Source: Candidatus Omnitrophota bacterium (GTDB taxonomy: Bacteria > Omnitrophota > Gorgyraeia > Gygaellales > Profunditerraquicolaceae). Taken from it: a stretch of 64,000 nucleotides of DNA. Position numbers and translations under genes: made by a program. The DNA is taken from positions 7,969 to 71,968 of the forward strand of contig JAGVER010000007.1 of assembly GCA_020058085.1 (NCBI GenBank), read 5' to 3'. Under the pieces are notes generated by a model. The model was not told the DNA's origin. It did not search any database and saw only the letters and a program-made list of their open reading frames with translations. The first letter of the stretch is position 1; every line of letters begins with the position of its first letter. This document shows positions 17,174 to 27,090 of the stretch, one piece after another.

Positions 17174-18000
17174 AACCAGAATGGCTCAATAAAAAAATAT
17201 CCCTTAGGGATTGCGCGGAATTAAAGGCGATACTAAAAGAAAGAAGAATTAATACTGTTTGCGAAGAGGCCAAGTGCCCTAACATCGGTGAATGTTTTGC
17301 CAAGCGGCAGGCTACATTTATAATTTTAGGTTCAGTATGCACGCGTGGTTGTTTATTCTGTGGGATACGAAAGGGCGTGCCAAGCTCAGTTGATCTTAAA
17401 GAACCCTCTCGTATTGCTGATATAATTCTTAAACTTGGTTTAAAACATGTTGTAATCACTAGTGTTACGCGTGATGATCTTTTAGATGGTGGAGCAGGAG
17501 TTTTTGCTGCAACTATTAATGCTATAAGAAAGCTAAATAAAAATGTTAAGCTGGAAGTATTAATCCCCGATTTCAAAACAGAGATAAATTCTCTGGAAGT
17601 GTTAGTTAAAGGAATGCCGGATATTATTGCCCATAATATGGAGACGGTCCCGCGACTTTATGAAGATATCCGTAAAGGCGCTTCCTATAAAAGATCATTA
17701 GAGGTTTTTAAGATTCTTAAAAATATCGCACCTAATATTCCCTTGAAGTCTGGTTTAATGTTAGGGCTTGGTGAGAAGAAAGATGAGGTCTATGCGGTTT
17801 TCGATGATTTAGTTAACGCCGGATGCTCTTATATGAGCATCGGCCAGTATCTTGCGCCAAGCAATGCTCATTTTCCGGTAAAAGAATATATCAAGCCGGA
17901 AATCTTCGATCGCTACAAAGAAAAGGCCCTAGCCGCAGGTTTTCTCTCCGTTAAAAGCGCTCCTTATGTCCGCAGTTCTTATATGGCTTCAGAGTATTAA
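17170..18000 (+). CDS. lipA: Lipoyl synthase
   Basis: CEEAKCPNIGEC auxiliary-cluster motif and CTRGCLFCGI radical SAM motif. Confidence 0.92.
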   Translation: MKPEWLNKKISLRDCAELKAILKERRINTVCEEAKCPNIGECFAKRQATFIILGSVCTRGCLFCGIRKGVPSSVDLKEPSRIADIILKLGLKHVVITSVTRDDLLDGGAGVFAATINAIRKLNKNVKLEVLIPDFKTEINSLEVLVKGMPDIIAHNMETVPRLYEDIRKGASYKRSLEVFKILKNIAPNIPLKSGLMLGLGEKKDEVYAVFDDLVNAGCSYMSIGQYLAPSNAHFPVKEYIKPEIFDRYKEKALAAGFLSVKSAPYVRSSYMASEY

Positions 18001-18009
18001 CAATAGTTT

Positions 18010-18098
18010 GAATCTCCCGGTCGTGTTTCTCGCTCAGGTCGTACTTTTCGCAGAAACGAAAAGCACAACATTCGCTCGAAATCACTACCGGGAGATTC
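18010..18098 (+). repeat. 89-nt hairpin element right after the lipA stop
   Basis: Perfect 12-bp closing stem gaatctcccggt/accgggagattc; inner hairpin cttttcg-cagaaa-cgaaaag; cggtc...ttcgctcgaaatca loosely resembles repeat family F1. Confidence 0.5.
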
Positions 18099-18110
18099 TT
18101 AGCATAGCAT

Positions 18111-18301
18111 AAGCTTTTACGTTTTTGCTGCAGGCGCATTAGAAAACTTTCGGCACCTTACCTAATTTTATAGTGCACGAGGGTTTACGTCGAGCTGAAG
18201 CGAGTAGCCCTGTCGTAATGCGGAAGTTCCGAGCGTAAGCGAGACGTAAACCGAAGTGCACGGCGAAAGTTTTCAGCGCCGGAAGCGAAAACGTAAAAGC
18301 T
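18111..18301. other. GC-enriched ~190-nt imperfect palindrome (candidate structured RNA or MITE-like element)
   Basis: Nested inverted repeats: agcttttacgtttt/aaaacgtaaaagct, gaaaactttcg/cgaaagttttc, gtgcacgagggtttacgtc/gacgtaaaccgaagtgcac. Internal direct repeat cgagctgaagcgag / cgagcgtaagcgag. Confidence 0.5.
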
Positions 18302-18341
18302 GAATGGATGAGCGGGAAGTTGATAGATTGTAATATAACCC

Positions 18342-18369
18342 TTGTCAGTATGGTATAGTGATATATAAT
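18342..18369 (+). promoter_or_regulatory. Sigma70-type promoter candidate for rubrerythrin
   Basis: TTGTCA, 16-nt spacer, TATAAT (18364-18369). Confidence 0.4.
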
Positions 18370-18411
18370 TATATAGATATTACTATCACAAATAATGTAG
18401 GGAGGGTAAGG

Positions 18412-18990
18412 ATGGGCAAATCAATTAAGGGAAGTAAAACAGAGAAGAATTTATTGGCGGCTTTCGCAGGAGAATCGCAGGCAAGGAACCGCTATACTTA
18501 TTTTGCTAGCGCAGCCAAGAAAGAAGGTTTTGAACAGATAGCAAACATTTTTGCCGAGACAGCTGAAAATGAAAAAGAACACGCTAAGGTATTTTTTAAA
18601 CATTTAGAGGGTGGAGATGTTGAGTTAACTGCCACTTTTCCCGCCGGTATGATTAAGGATACCAAGTCTAATCTTGAAGCTGCAGCAGCTGGTGAGAAGA
18701 TGGAGTGGACGGCAATCTATCAGGATTTCTCTAAGGTTGCCCGCGACGAAGGTTTCCTTGAGGTTGCGCGTTCCTTTGAGCAGGTTGCCAAGGTTGAGAG
18801 GTTCCACGAAGCGAGATACAGGAAGCTTATTAATAATATAGGTAATAGTGAGGTATTTAAGAAGAAATCGGCAGTAAAGTGGCACTGCCTTAATTGCGGT
18901 TATGTGGTTGAAGGCGAAGAGGCTCCGCATGAGTGTCCTGTCTGTAAGCATCCTCAGGCTTTTTTTGAGGTCTTGGCAGAGAATTACTAG
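18412..18990 (+). CDS. rbr: Rubrerythrin
   Basis: KTEKNLLAAFAGESQARNRY diiron four-helix domain plus C-terminal rubredoxin-like CLNCG...CPVCKHP. Start at the ATG after GGGAGGG. Confidence 0.9.
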   Translation: MGKSIKGSKTEKNLLAAFAGESQARNRYTYFASAAKKEGFEQIANIFAETAENEKEHAKVFFKHLEGGDVELTATFPAGMIKDTKSNLEAAAAGEKMEWTAIYQDFSKVARDEGFLEVARSFEQVAKVERFHEARYRKLINNIGNSEVFKKKSAVKWHCLNCGYVVEGEEAPHECPVCKHPQAFFEVLAENY

Positions 18991-19074
18991 AAAGAGAGCT
19001 ATGCTGATTGATTGTTTGCTCTCGCTGTGTTAAACTTTAATTAGGGGAAGTTCTTAATATAGAGCTCGATAAAA

Positions 19075-19473
19075 ATGAGAAGTAAGATTATTAAGCAGAA
19101 AAAGTCCGGGTTTACTTTAGTCGAGTTAATGTTTGCCGTGTTTATCCTATTGGTAAGCATTCTGGCTTCGCTATCTGGTCTTATCGGTTCTTTATTTTTG
19201 AATAATTCAAGCAGTAACCTTACTAGCGCAGTAAATGACGCTCAGTATGTATTAGAGCAAATTAAGGGTTTGAATTATACTACTTGTATTCAGAATAATT
19301 TTGCCGCGGGATGTTATACCTTGCCGGTATTTACTAATTTGCCGGGTGAAGCTGTAGCTTTGAGTCCCGCGCCTACGATCGGGCCTAGTATTAGTAAGAT
19401 AACCGTAACAATTAGTTGGCTGGATAAACAAAAGACAAGGAGTTTTTCGCTTGCGACTTACATTGCTAAATAA
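19075..19473 (+). CDS. Prepilin-type minor pilin/pseudopilin
   Basis: N-terminal KKSGFTLVELMFAVFIL cleavage/methylation motif. Confidence 0.75.
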   Translation: MRSKIIKQKKSGFTLVELMFAVFILLVSILASLSGLIGSLFLNNSSSNLTSAVNDAQYVLEQIKGLNYTTCIQNNFAAGCYTLPVFTNLPGEAVALSPAPTIGPSISKITVTISWLDKQKTRSFSLATYIAK

Positions 19474-20041
19474 AAGAGGTTTTAATATTGCTGAAGCATT
19501 ATTGGTGACCGCGATTATCGGGTTGCTAATGGGGAGTATTTTTTATCTCTTAAGCGCAGCGCAATCTTCAAGGTTTTTTAGTTCGGCTAAAACAGAAGTA
19601 CAGTCTGAGGTGAGGCGGGCTATGGATTGGATTGTTAACGATGTGCGTCAGACGATTAACTGGAGTATCGGGTCTAACGCTAATGATCCATCGAATACGC
19701 ATATTAAATTTAAGAAAGTCATCGGTTATTCCACTGCCGGGAGCGGTTCGGCGCTATTCGGTGATTTTATAGAATATACCTATGATTCTAACACAAATAC
19801 GATTACTCGTACTGATTTAGGCACTAATCAGAGCTGGGCTTTTCGTAATATTGTTCAAGCGCCATTTTATACTAGACTATTAGATGGAAGTATTGTAGCT
19901 ATAGATCCTGTAAGCCCGGGGAATGACAGTCCGGTTTTTACAACCGGGAATTTAGTTGTTGTTATAGTAGGCCAGAAGCAGGTTAATGGCGCGTCAAATA
20001 TAAGTTATACTTTAAGCGAAGAAGTAAAAATAAGGAATTAG
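19451..20041 (+). CDS. Pilin-like protein (degenerate prepilin N-terminus)
   Basis: NKRGFNIAEALLVTAIIGLL with Glu at +5; TTG start uncertain. Confidence 0.6.
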   Translation: MRLTLLNKRGFNIAEALLVTAIIGLLMGSIFYLLSAAQSSRFFSSAKTEVQSEVRRAMDWIVNDVRQTINWSIGSNANDPSNTHIKFKKVIGYSTAGSGSALFGDFIEYTYDSNTNTITRTDLGTNQSWAFRNIVQAPFYTRLLDGSIVAIDPVSPGNDSPVFTTGNLVVVIVGQKQVNGASNISYTLSEEVKIRN

Positions 20042-20050
20042 GAGATAGCT

Positions 20051-20947
20051 ATGAATAATCGGGGAGTAATGTTGATTTTCTCTCTTTTTGTAGCCTTGAT
20101 CTTATCTATCTTATTAGTAGCTTTTTATTTTCAGAGTATAAGCGAAAATCAACTTGCTACTAGATATGCGGATTCTACTCGGGCTCTTTGGTTGGCAGAG
20201 GCAGGTGTTGCTAAGCTAAAGAGCAGCATAGGTATAGCTCCCGTTAGCGGTTTTATCGACGATCCCCGCTATGCTTATAATGTTGTTCCGACTCAAATAG
20301 GAGCAACAGTTTATTATAATGTAGTTTCTACTGGCACTGTAACTTCGCCAAGCGGTAAAACCGTTAGCCGCGAGGTGAACGTCACTATGAAGTTAATCGC
20401 TCCTTCTGCCGCTAATTTTCTATATGGCGTTGAGACGACAAGTAATGATTTGGATTATAAAGTTAAGTGTATCGAGAATACGGAGAATCCTGCTAATATT
20501 GCTAAAACAGGTTCGACTCAGACATTCGATAATCTTTTTGGTATTAGTAAAGCCGAAATGAAAGCAATATCCCAGGAGTTAGGAACTTACCTTAGTGGAG
20601 ATTTTGGTAATACAATAAATGCAAACAGTGTAACTTGGGTGGATGTAGATCCTCCGGGTGCCTTACTTAATATACAACATTTACAAGGTAGCGGCATTGT
20701 TATAATAAACGGTGACTTTAAGGTTGATGGAGTGCCGAGCGATGGTTTTAACGGTATACTTTATATTATCGGACAGTTAGAGACGTTGGGTAATAGTGCT
20801 GTTTATGGTACTGTTTTTGTCGAGAGTAGCGCGGCAATAGGTGCGGATCTCACGGGAAGTTCTTTAATAAGTTATAACTCTGCTAATATAGCTAACGCCC
20901 TACTTAACGTGATTGCTAAATCAATAGTTTCTTGGCGAGAAGGATAG
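20051..20947 (+). CDS. PilX/GspK-like minor pilin
   Basis: NNRGVMLIFSLFVALILSILLV N-terminus, typical of PilX_N/GspK; no Phe/Glu motif. Confidence 0.55.
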   Translation: MNNRGVMLIFSLFVALILSILLVAFYFQSISENQLATRYADSTRALWLAEAGVAKLKSSIGIAPVSGFIDDPRYAYNVVPTQIGATVYYNVVSTGTVTSPSGKTVSREVNVTMKLIAPSAANFLYGVETTSNDLDYKVKCIENTENPANIAKTGSTQTFDNLFGISKAEMKAISQELGTYLSGDFGNTINANSVTWVDVDPPGALLNIQHLQGSGIVIINGDFKVDGVPSDGFNGILYIIGQLETLGNSAVYGTVFVESSAAIGADLTGSSLISYNSANIANALLNVIAKSIVSWREG

Positions 20948-20961
20948 GGGGGATTTAATAA

Positions 20962-21414
20962 ATGAAACTGGCAACTAAGGCGGGTTTTAGCCTGGTGGAA
21001 GTACTTATGGCAACTGCTATACTGGCGTTTGCCATTGTCGGTATTTTAGGCACTTATGTTACTTGCCTTGTTTTAATTACTACATCCCAAAATGTAAACG
21101 CCGCTACAAATGCTGCGCAGGGAATAATTGAAGAGATCCGCAGTGCGCCTTTTCCTCAATTAGTAGCGGATTATAACGGAATTACTTTTACGGTTAATGA
21201 TATACCCTCTAGTATGGGGGTAGTTTATGTCGATGATACCACAAACGCCGAATTTCTAGATATTACCGTTAGTGTATGCTGGCGCCAGGGCAATAGGATT
21301 ATAGGTGAAGATACTAACTTAAATGGCGCGCTTGATGCCGGTGAGGATATGATAATTGCAAATGGGATAATCGATTCAACGGTGCAATTAAAGACTCAGG
21401 TGGCGAACAAATGA
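20962..21414 (+). CDS. Prepilin-type minor pilin
   Basis: TKAGFSLVEVLMATAILAF motif. Confidence 0.75.
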   Translation: MKLATKAGFSLVEVLMATAILAFAIVGILGTYVTCLVLITTSQNVNAATNAAQGIIEEIRSAPFPQLVADYNGITFTVNDIPSSMGVVYVDDTTNAEFLDITVSVCWRQGNRIIGEDTNLNGALDAGEDMIIANGIIDSTVQLKTQVANK

Positions 21415-21956
21415 GAGATAATAAAGGTTTTACGATTATTGAAGTCCTTGTTTCCGCAGTAATTATCAGTGTATTAATAATGGCAGCATTCGCTGTTTTG
21501 GATCTGGGCCGTAGTTCATGGTTTGCCGGAGATATCCGGTCGGAACTGCGTAAAGAGATGATCAGGGCGTTCATGGCTATGGAGAGAGAGTTAAGGGAGA
21601 CCCGGCCTTCGCAGTTACAGAGTTTTCCGTACGGTACATCTAGCACAGAAGTTACTTTTAAGATTCCTCAAGATAGTAATGATGCGGATACAACTATATT
21701 GGATCCGTTTGGATATGTAGAGTGGTCAGGCAATATTCGTTATTGGCTAAACGGTAGTAATGAAATAATAAGGACTGATCCTTCCGGGGCAACTCGCGTG
21801 CTTGTGCGCGGTATTACCAGTTTACAGTTTTCAAGAAACAGAAATCCGGTATTGCCGCAGGATCTCTTAATAATTAATATTACGGCGCAGAAGGCATCCG
21901 CTATAGGCAAGGTAGCTTCAGAGACAGGGCAGCTTATAATAAAAATGAGGAATTAA
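21411..21956 (+). CDS. Prepilin-type minor pilin
   Basis: DNKGFTIIEVLVSAVII motif. Confidence 0.75.
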   Translation: MRDNKGFTIIEVLVSAVIISVLIMAAFAVLDLGRSSWFAGDIRSELRKEMIRAFMAMERELRETRPSQLQSFPYGTSSTEVTFKIPQDSNDADTTILDPFGYVEWSGNIRYWLNGSNEIIRTDPSGATRVLVRGITSLQFSRNRNPVLPQDLLIINITAQKASAIGKVASETGQLIIKMRN

Positions 21957-21959
21957 CAG

Positions 21960-23267
21960 ATGAATAAAGCGCCAACAAGGTTAAAGAGTAATAAGGGTTT
22001 TGCATTTGTTGCTGTTTACCTTGTAATATCGGTCTTGCTTATTTTTGCCGCAGTGTTTGTCAATCAAAGTGTAAGCCAGAATAATACTGCTAATATCTTT
22101 AAGCGGCAAGTTGCAGCATTAAATGCCGCTGATGCTGGGCTTGATCATGCGATTGTCTGGCTAAGGGCTCAAGGCGCTCCTCCTATTGGTAATTTTACTA
22201 ATCCATGGGGATCAACGCAAAATTTAAACGGAAGTTATAATGTAGTTATTACTGATCTTGGTTTTGTAGGCGGTTCAGCGACTATTCGCAGATATGAGGT
22301 AATCTCAGCTGGTACCTCTGGCAATATGAGCCGGGTTTTAAGAAATTATGTGCAGGTGGATAATTATGCGCGTTATATCTGGTATACTGACCGTGAGACA
22401 TTTAATGGGACAAATGTATGGTTCTGGAGCCAAGACCATTTGAATGGACCAACGCATACCAATGGCCACTATAATATTTACGGAAATCCTATATTTGATG
22501 GAGAAGCGCGTTCGGTTGATGACTACATTAGATATTATAATAACGGTAATAATGTCAATTTAAGCGAGATTAGTAATTCTCCTTATGACCTTCCTGTTTT
22601 CAATAGTGGATTTATTTTCGGGGCGGATCAGTCTACCATGCCTTCAACCGCGTTGTCATTGAGGGCTGCTGCTTCTAGTTCAGGAATTTATCTCACTGGA
22701 AATAGCACGGTTGTATTAAATAGTAACGGGACTATGAATGTAACTAACCCCAACAAGAATCCGCCATGGAATAACCAAAATATGGCTTTGCCTGCGAATG
22801 GGGCTCTTTTTGTCAATAACGGTAATCTTACTATATCCGGCACCCTAAACGGCAGGCTTACCGTAGGCGCGAAGTATAACGTTAATATTCCTAATAACAT
22901 AGTTTATGCCTCTGACCCGGCAGCTGATCCTAATTCCGATGATACTTTAGGGATCATATCTGAAAGAGATATAGTCATACCGGGCGCTGGGCCTACAAAT
23001 TTAGAGATAAACGCTGTCATTATGGCTTTAAATACTTCATTTTATCTTCAAAATTGGAGTAGTGGTCCAGCAAAAGGCACCTTGGATATTTATGGCGGGA
23101 TCATCCAGAAGGATAGAGGCCCGGTGGGGACTTTTAACGCCTCAACCGGACAGAAACTTTCTGGATATTCCAAAAACTATTCGTATGATCCCCGATTAGT
23201 TACTTCCCCACCGCCTTTTATGCCTACAACAGGAGATTATCTTACATTATCATGGGAGGAGAATTAG
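21960..23267 (+). CDS. Large PilX-like pilus-associated protein (possible tip/adhesin component)
   Basis: SNKGFAFVAVYLVISVLL N-terminus (no Glu5); 435 aa, Asn/Gly/Ser-rich beta-type body. Confidence 0.5.
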   Translation: MNKAPTRLKSNKGFAFVAVYLVISVLLIFAAVFVNQSVSQNNTANIFKRQVAALNAADAGLDHAIVWLRAQGAPPIGNFTNPWGSTQNLNGSYNVVITDLGFVGGSATIRRYEVISAGTSGNMSRVLRNYVQVDNYARYIWYTDRETFNGTNVWFWSQDHLNGPTHTNGHYNIYGNPIFDGEARSVDDYIRYYNNGNNVNLSEISNSPYDLPVFNSGFIFGADQSTMPSTALSLRAAASSSGIYLTGNSTVVLNSNGTMNVTNPNKNPPWNNQNMALPANGALFVNNGNLTISGTLNGRLTVGAKYNVNIPNNIVYASDPAADPNSDDTLGIISERDIVIPGAGPTNLEINAVIMALNTSFYLQNWSSGPAKGTLDIYGGIIQKDRGPVGTFNASTGQKLSGYSKNYSYDPRLVTSPPPFMPTTGDYLTLSWEEN

Positions 23268-23270
23268 AGA

Positions 23271-23675
23271 ATGAAAACCAAGGCATTATATGTAATTGTT
23301 TTTGTTCTTGCCATAACTATTATACTTACTTTGATATATACTAGAAGCAAAGTTTTAGAGCTTAACCTGCCGCAGGCAGAGGTGGGACAGTCAGAAGTAA
23401 TAACTCAATCCGTAGAACCAGTTTTCTTCCATAAAGAGGCGATTACTATTATTAAGCCAGCACAGGGGAAGCAGGCAATTATCTCGGAATTAGACAAAAC
23501 AGAAGATATTAAGGATCAGCAAGATTTGGGTCTTTCTTCAGAGAGTACTTCTGTAGCAAAAGGAGAAGCTAATAGCCAAGATGCTGAAGAGACTGCCGGT
23601 GTTACTCGTTTAGGGAAATATCCTACTAATGAAGAAATGAAAGAGATGAATTCTCAAGGGATTGTGATGTATTAA
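23271..23675 (+). CDS. Membrane-anchored acidic protein, unknown function
   Basis: N-terminal TM helix, acidic low-complexity C-terminal half; inside the pilus cluster. Confidence 0.4.
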   Translation: MKTKALYVIVFVLAITIILTLIYTRSKVLELNLPQAEVGQSEVITQSVEPVFFHKEAITIIKPAQGKQAIISELDKTEDIKDQQDLGLSSESTSVAKGEANSQDAEETAGVTRLGKYPTNEEMKEMNSQGIVMY

Positions 23676-23770
23676 TTAAATACTAGGGCTAAGAATGTCA
23701 CTAAGCCTTTTGAGCCGCAGATATTATTAGATAAAACTAAAGAACTTATTAAAGATTAACGGGGGGAAGA

Positions 23771-25444
23771 ATGGTTCATAAAAGCAATGTTGAGCTTTTG
23801 GTGGAGAAAAGGATAATTACTAAGGATCAGTTGGATAAGGCTAAAGAGGAAGTAAATAAAACCGGATTGCCTATTGAGAAGGCGCTTGAAAAGCTAGGTT
23901 TTATTTCGGAGATTGATATCGCTCAAACTATTGCTGATTCTATTGGCGTGCCTTTTATGAATCTAAATGATTATTTAATTGATGCGGAAGTAATAAAGCT
24001 GGTTCCGGAAGCGCTGGCCAAGAAGTGGCGCGCGGTTCCGCTCTTTAAAATCGGAGACAGTCTTACTGTAGCTATGCAGGATCCTTTGGATGTGGCAGCA
24101 ATAGATGAGCTAAGGTCTAAAACTAAAATGGGCTCTATAGATCCGGTTCTATCAACCCAGGAGATGATCCAGAATGTGCTTGACCAGAGTTACGGCACTT
24201 TAGGAAGTATTAAAGATTTAACGAACGAGCTTACGCAGGAAAAATTGGGCCAAAAACTAAAAGGCGCAAAGGGGCTTGGAGAAATAAGCGAAGAGGCCCC
24301 GGTTATAAAATTGGTTAATATGATTATTATGGAGGCGGTTAAAGATAAAGCTAGTGATATTCATATCGAGCCGGAAGAAGATATGGTGCGCGTACGCTAT
24401 CGTATCGATGGGATTCTGCATGAGACGCATGAGGTCCCTAAGCATTTACAGAGTGTTTTAGCTTCGCGTATTAAAATAATGGCCAAGATGGATATTGCCG
24501 AAACGCGCAATCCACAGGATGGTAGAATTCAGCTTAAGATAGAGAGTAAAAGCCTGGATTTAAGAGTTTCATCGTTTCCTACAGTTTATGGAGAGAATCT
24601 TGTTTTAAGGATACTTGATAAAACTAGCGTAATCTTGGGGCTCTCTGATTTAGGTTTATCTGAAAAAGAATTAAAAGATTTTAATAAGATAATCCAGAGG
24701 CCAAACGGGATAATATTGGTTACCGGGCCTACGGGAAGCGGAAAGACTACCACGCTTTATTCTGCTCTCTCAACAGTTAATTCAATGGAAAAGAATATTA
24801 TTACCATAGAAGACCCAGTGGAATACGAGCTTCCTTTAATTCGCCAGACGCAGGTTAATACAAAGGCTGGGTTGACTTTTGCTGTAGGCCTGCGTAGTAT
24901 TTTAAGGCAGGATCCGGATATAATTATGGTCGGCGAAATCCGCGATAAAGAGACCGCGGAGATAGCAATACAAGCTTCTTTAACCGGGCACTTGGTTTTT
25001 TCAACCCTACACACTAATGATGCAGCAAGTTCATTAACCCGGCTTTTTGATATGGGGGTGGAGTCGTTTTTAACTTCAACTTCGGTTATTGCAATTTTAG
25101 CCCAGAGGCTGGTACGTATAATCTGCCCGGATTGCAAAGAGAAATATACACCTTCATCGGAAGTGCTGAAAGATCTTAATTTAAAGGAAAAGATTGATTT
25201 TTATCGTGGCAAGGGTTGCGCAAAATGCAAGCAGAGAGGTTTTGTCGGCCGCAAGGGGGTTTTTGAACTACTTTTGATGAGCGATGAAATCAAAAATATG
25301 GTCGTGGCTAAGAGTTCTTCGGGCGAAATCAAGAAAAAAGCCTTGAGCAACGGGATGACTACACTCTTTGATGATGGGCTGGAGAAAGTGAGAAAAGGGA
25401 TCACTACGATAGAAGAAGTACTAAGAGTAACGGAAGAGATATAA
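23771..25444 (+). CDS. Type IV pilus / T2SS assembly ATPase (PilB/GspE family)
   Basis: Walker A GPTGSGKTT, Walker B IIMVGEIRD, Asp/His boxes, tetracysteine CPDC...CAKC. Confidence 0.92.
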   Translation: MVHKSNVELLVEKRIITKDQLDKAKEEVNKTGLPIEKALEKLGFISEIDIAQTIADSIGVPFMNLNDYLIDAEVIKLVPEALAKKWRAVPLFKIGDSLTVAMQDPLDVAAIDELRSKTKMGSIDPVLSTQEMIQNVLDQSYGTLGSIKDLTNELTQEKLGQKLKGAKGLGEISEEAPVIKLVNMIIMEAVKDKASDIHIEPEEDMVRVRYRIDGILHETHEVPKHLQSVLASRIKIMAKMDIAETRNPQDGRIQLKIESKSLDLRVSSFPTVYGENLVLRILDKTSVILGLSDLGLSEKELKDFNKIIQRPNGIILVTGPTGSGKTTTLYSALSTVNSMEKNIITIEDPVEYELPLIRQTQVNTKAGLTFAVGLRSILRQDPDIIMVGEIRDKETAEIAIQASLTGHLVFSTLHTNDAASSLTRLFDMGVESFLTSTSVIAILAQRLVRIICPDCKEKYTPSSEVLKDLNLKEKIDFYRGKGCAKCKQRGFVGRKGVFELLLMSDEIKNMVVAKSSSGEIKKKALSNGMTTLFDDGLEKVRKGITTIEEVLRVTEEI

Positions 25445-25472
25445 AAAGTTTGCAAGCTCTATAAAAAAATAA

Positions 25473-26684
25473 ATGCCAAATTTTAAATATTCTGCACGGG
25501 ATAACTTTGCCAAACTTGTTTCTGGGGTTATGGCTGCTGAAAGCCAGGAGGCTGTAGCTAAGAAACTCCAGGAGTTGGGGCATTTTCCTTTAAGTATTAA
25601 AGAAGTTCATGGAGTCTCTGCTTTTATGATCTTTAGTATGCACCGAGTCAGCCCCCAGGAGATAAACGCTTTTACGCGCCAGCTTTATGTGGTACAAAAA
25701 GCAGCCCTGCCATTGCTAGCGAGCCTTGAATCTATTGCTTCCCAGATTTCTAATCCATACTTTAGAAAAGTAATTGAGGCGTTAGCAGGAGATATCAAAG
25801 CTGGTTCGAGTCTGTCCGCAGCTTTAACAAAATTCCCTCGTATTTTTGATGATGTTTATGTAAGCCTAATTAAGGCGGCAGAGACAAGCGGAGGAATGGT
25901 TGAAATCTTAAGTCGATTAAATGATTTGCTTGAGAAGGATATCGATACCCGTGCACGCATAAAGGCAGCTACGCGTTATCCTATGCTTGCGTTTTTTGTT
26001 TTGTGTTTGGGGTTTCTGATAGTAGTTACTTTTGTTATCCCGCGTTTTGCCGGTATCTACAGTCAATTTAACGCAGCCTTGCCATTAGCTACCCAGATTT
26101 TAATTGCAACTAGTCTGATTATGCGCAAATTCTGGTTTTTGATTATTATTCTGATAATGGCAATAGGTTTTGGTTTCCGCCGTTTCATAGACTCTACAGG
26201 GGGTAGGTTTATTTGGGATAATCTCAAGCTAAGAGCTCCGATCTTCGGCCCGTTAGTAACTATGCTTACCTTATCGCGTTTTGCACGGATTACAGCAATA
26301 CTTATGAAAAGCGGAGTTCCAATTTTAGAGGTTTTGGATTTGGTGGCTACATCTAGCGGAAATGCGGTTATTGCCAGGTCAATCAGCAATATTAAGGAAA
26401 GCGTTAGGCAAGGTAAGGGTCTCTCTGAACCAATGAAGTTAAGCGGACTCTTTCCTGCCATAGTAGTGCAGATGGTTTATGTCGGAGAGCAGTCTGGTAG
26501 AGTGGATGAGCTTTTAGTTAGCGTGGCAGATTATTATGACAGCGAATCCGGTTATATGATTAGAAATTTAACTACCTATATCGAACCTATATTAATTTTT
26601 GTTCTTGCGCTTATGGTTTTGATTATGGCTCTGGCAATATTTTTGCCAATGTGGAATTTGATTAAGGTATTTAAGCCGTCTTAG
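25473..26684 (+). CDS. Type IV pilus / T2SS platform protein (PilC/GspF family)
   Basis: 403 aa, duplicated GspF-type domain, three TM segments; follows the ATPase. Confidence 0.88.
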   Translation: MPNFKYSARDNFAKLVSGVMAAESQEAVAKKLQELGHFPLSIKEVHGVSAFMIFSMHRVSPQEINAFTRQLYVVQKAALPLLASLESIASQISNPYFRKVIEALAGDIKAGSSLSAALTKFPRIFDDVYVSLIKAAETSGGMVEILSRLNDLLEKDIDTRARIKAATRYPMLAFFVLCLGFLIVVTFVIPRFAGIYSQFNAALPLATQILIATSLIMRKFWFLIIILIMAIGFGFRRFIDSTGGRFIWDNLKLRAPIFGPLVTMLTLSRFARITAILMKSGVPILEVLDLVATSSGNAVIARSISNIKESVRQGKGLSEPMKLSGLFPAIVVQMVYVGEQSGRVDELLVSVADYYDSESGYMIRNLTTYIEPILIFVLALMVLIMALAIFLPMWNLIKVFKPS

Positions 26685-26689
26685 TGGAT

Positions 26690-27076
26690 ATGAGTAGAAA
26701 CCGTTCTTTTACGGTTATGGAGTTATTGGTTGTCTCTTGCCTGATTTTTGTTTTTATCGGGATATTTGCCGGATACGCAGGTTTAGTTCTAAAGATCGGC
26801 CGGGAGACTGCTTTACGTAATGAGCTTGTCAGCATTCGCATGGCTGTAGAGTATTTTAAGATTGTTAACGGTAGATATCCGTTTGACTTAAGAGAACTAG
26901 TAAATAAAAAGTTGACAAAAAAAGAAAATAATCTTATAATTACTCGCAATCGGTTCATTGAATCATTTCGCTTAGATGCCGAAGGTTATTTAATAGACCC
27001 TTTTATGAATAGATACGATTATAATGCGCAAGATAATCGAGTGCATTCTAATACACAAGGATTCTTGTTGTGGTAA
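26690..27076 (+). CDS. GspG-like pseudopilin
   Basis: MSRNRSFTVMELLVV (Ser at -1), YFKIVNGRYPFDLRELV and LIDPFMNRYDY resemble GspG; ATG 26690 preferred. Confidence 0.7.
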   Translation: MSRNRSFTVMELLVVSCLIFVFIGIFAGYAGLVLKIGRETALRNELVSIRMAVEYFKIVNGRYPFDLRELVNKKLTKKENNLIITRNRFIESFRLDAEGYLIDPFMNRYDYNAQDNRVHSNTQGFLLW

Positions 27077-27090
27077 AAAAGGAGGAGAGG

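Noticed and set aside
18191-18243. Direct repeats cgagctgaagcgag / cgagcgtaagcgag as a possible mini CRISPR array
   Set aside because: Only two 14-nt copies, embedded in a larger palindrome, with no cas genes and no regular repeat-spacer periodicity anywhere in the window.
18111-18301. Calling the long palindrome a 6S RNA gene or a MITE
   Set aside because: The outline (long hairpin with a bulge) is compatible, but I cannot verify the conserved 6S features, the strand, the terminal inverted-repeat/target-site duplication, or additional copies. It is kept only as an unclassified finding.
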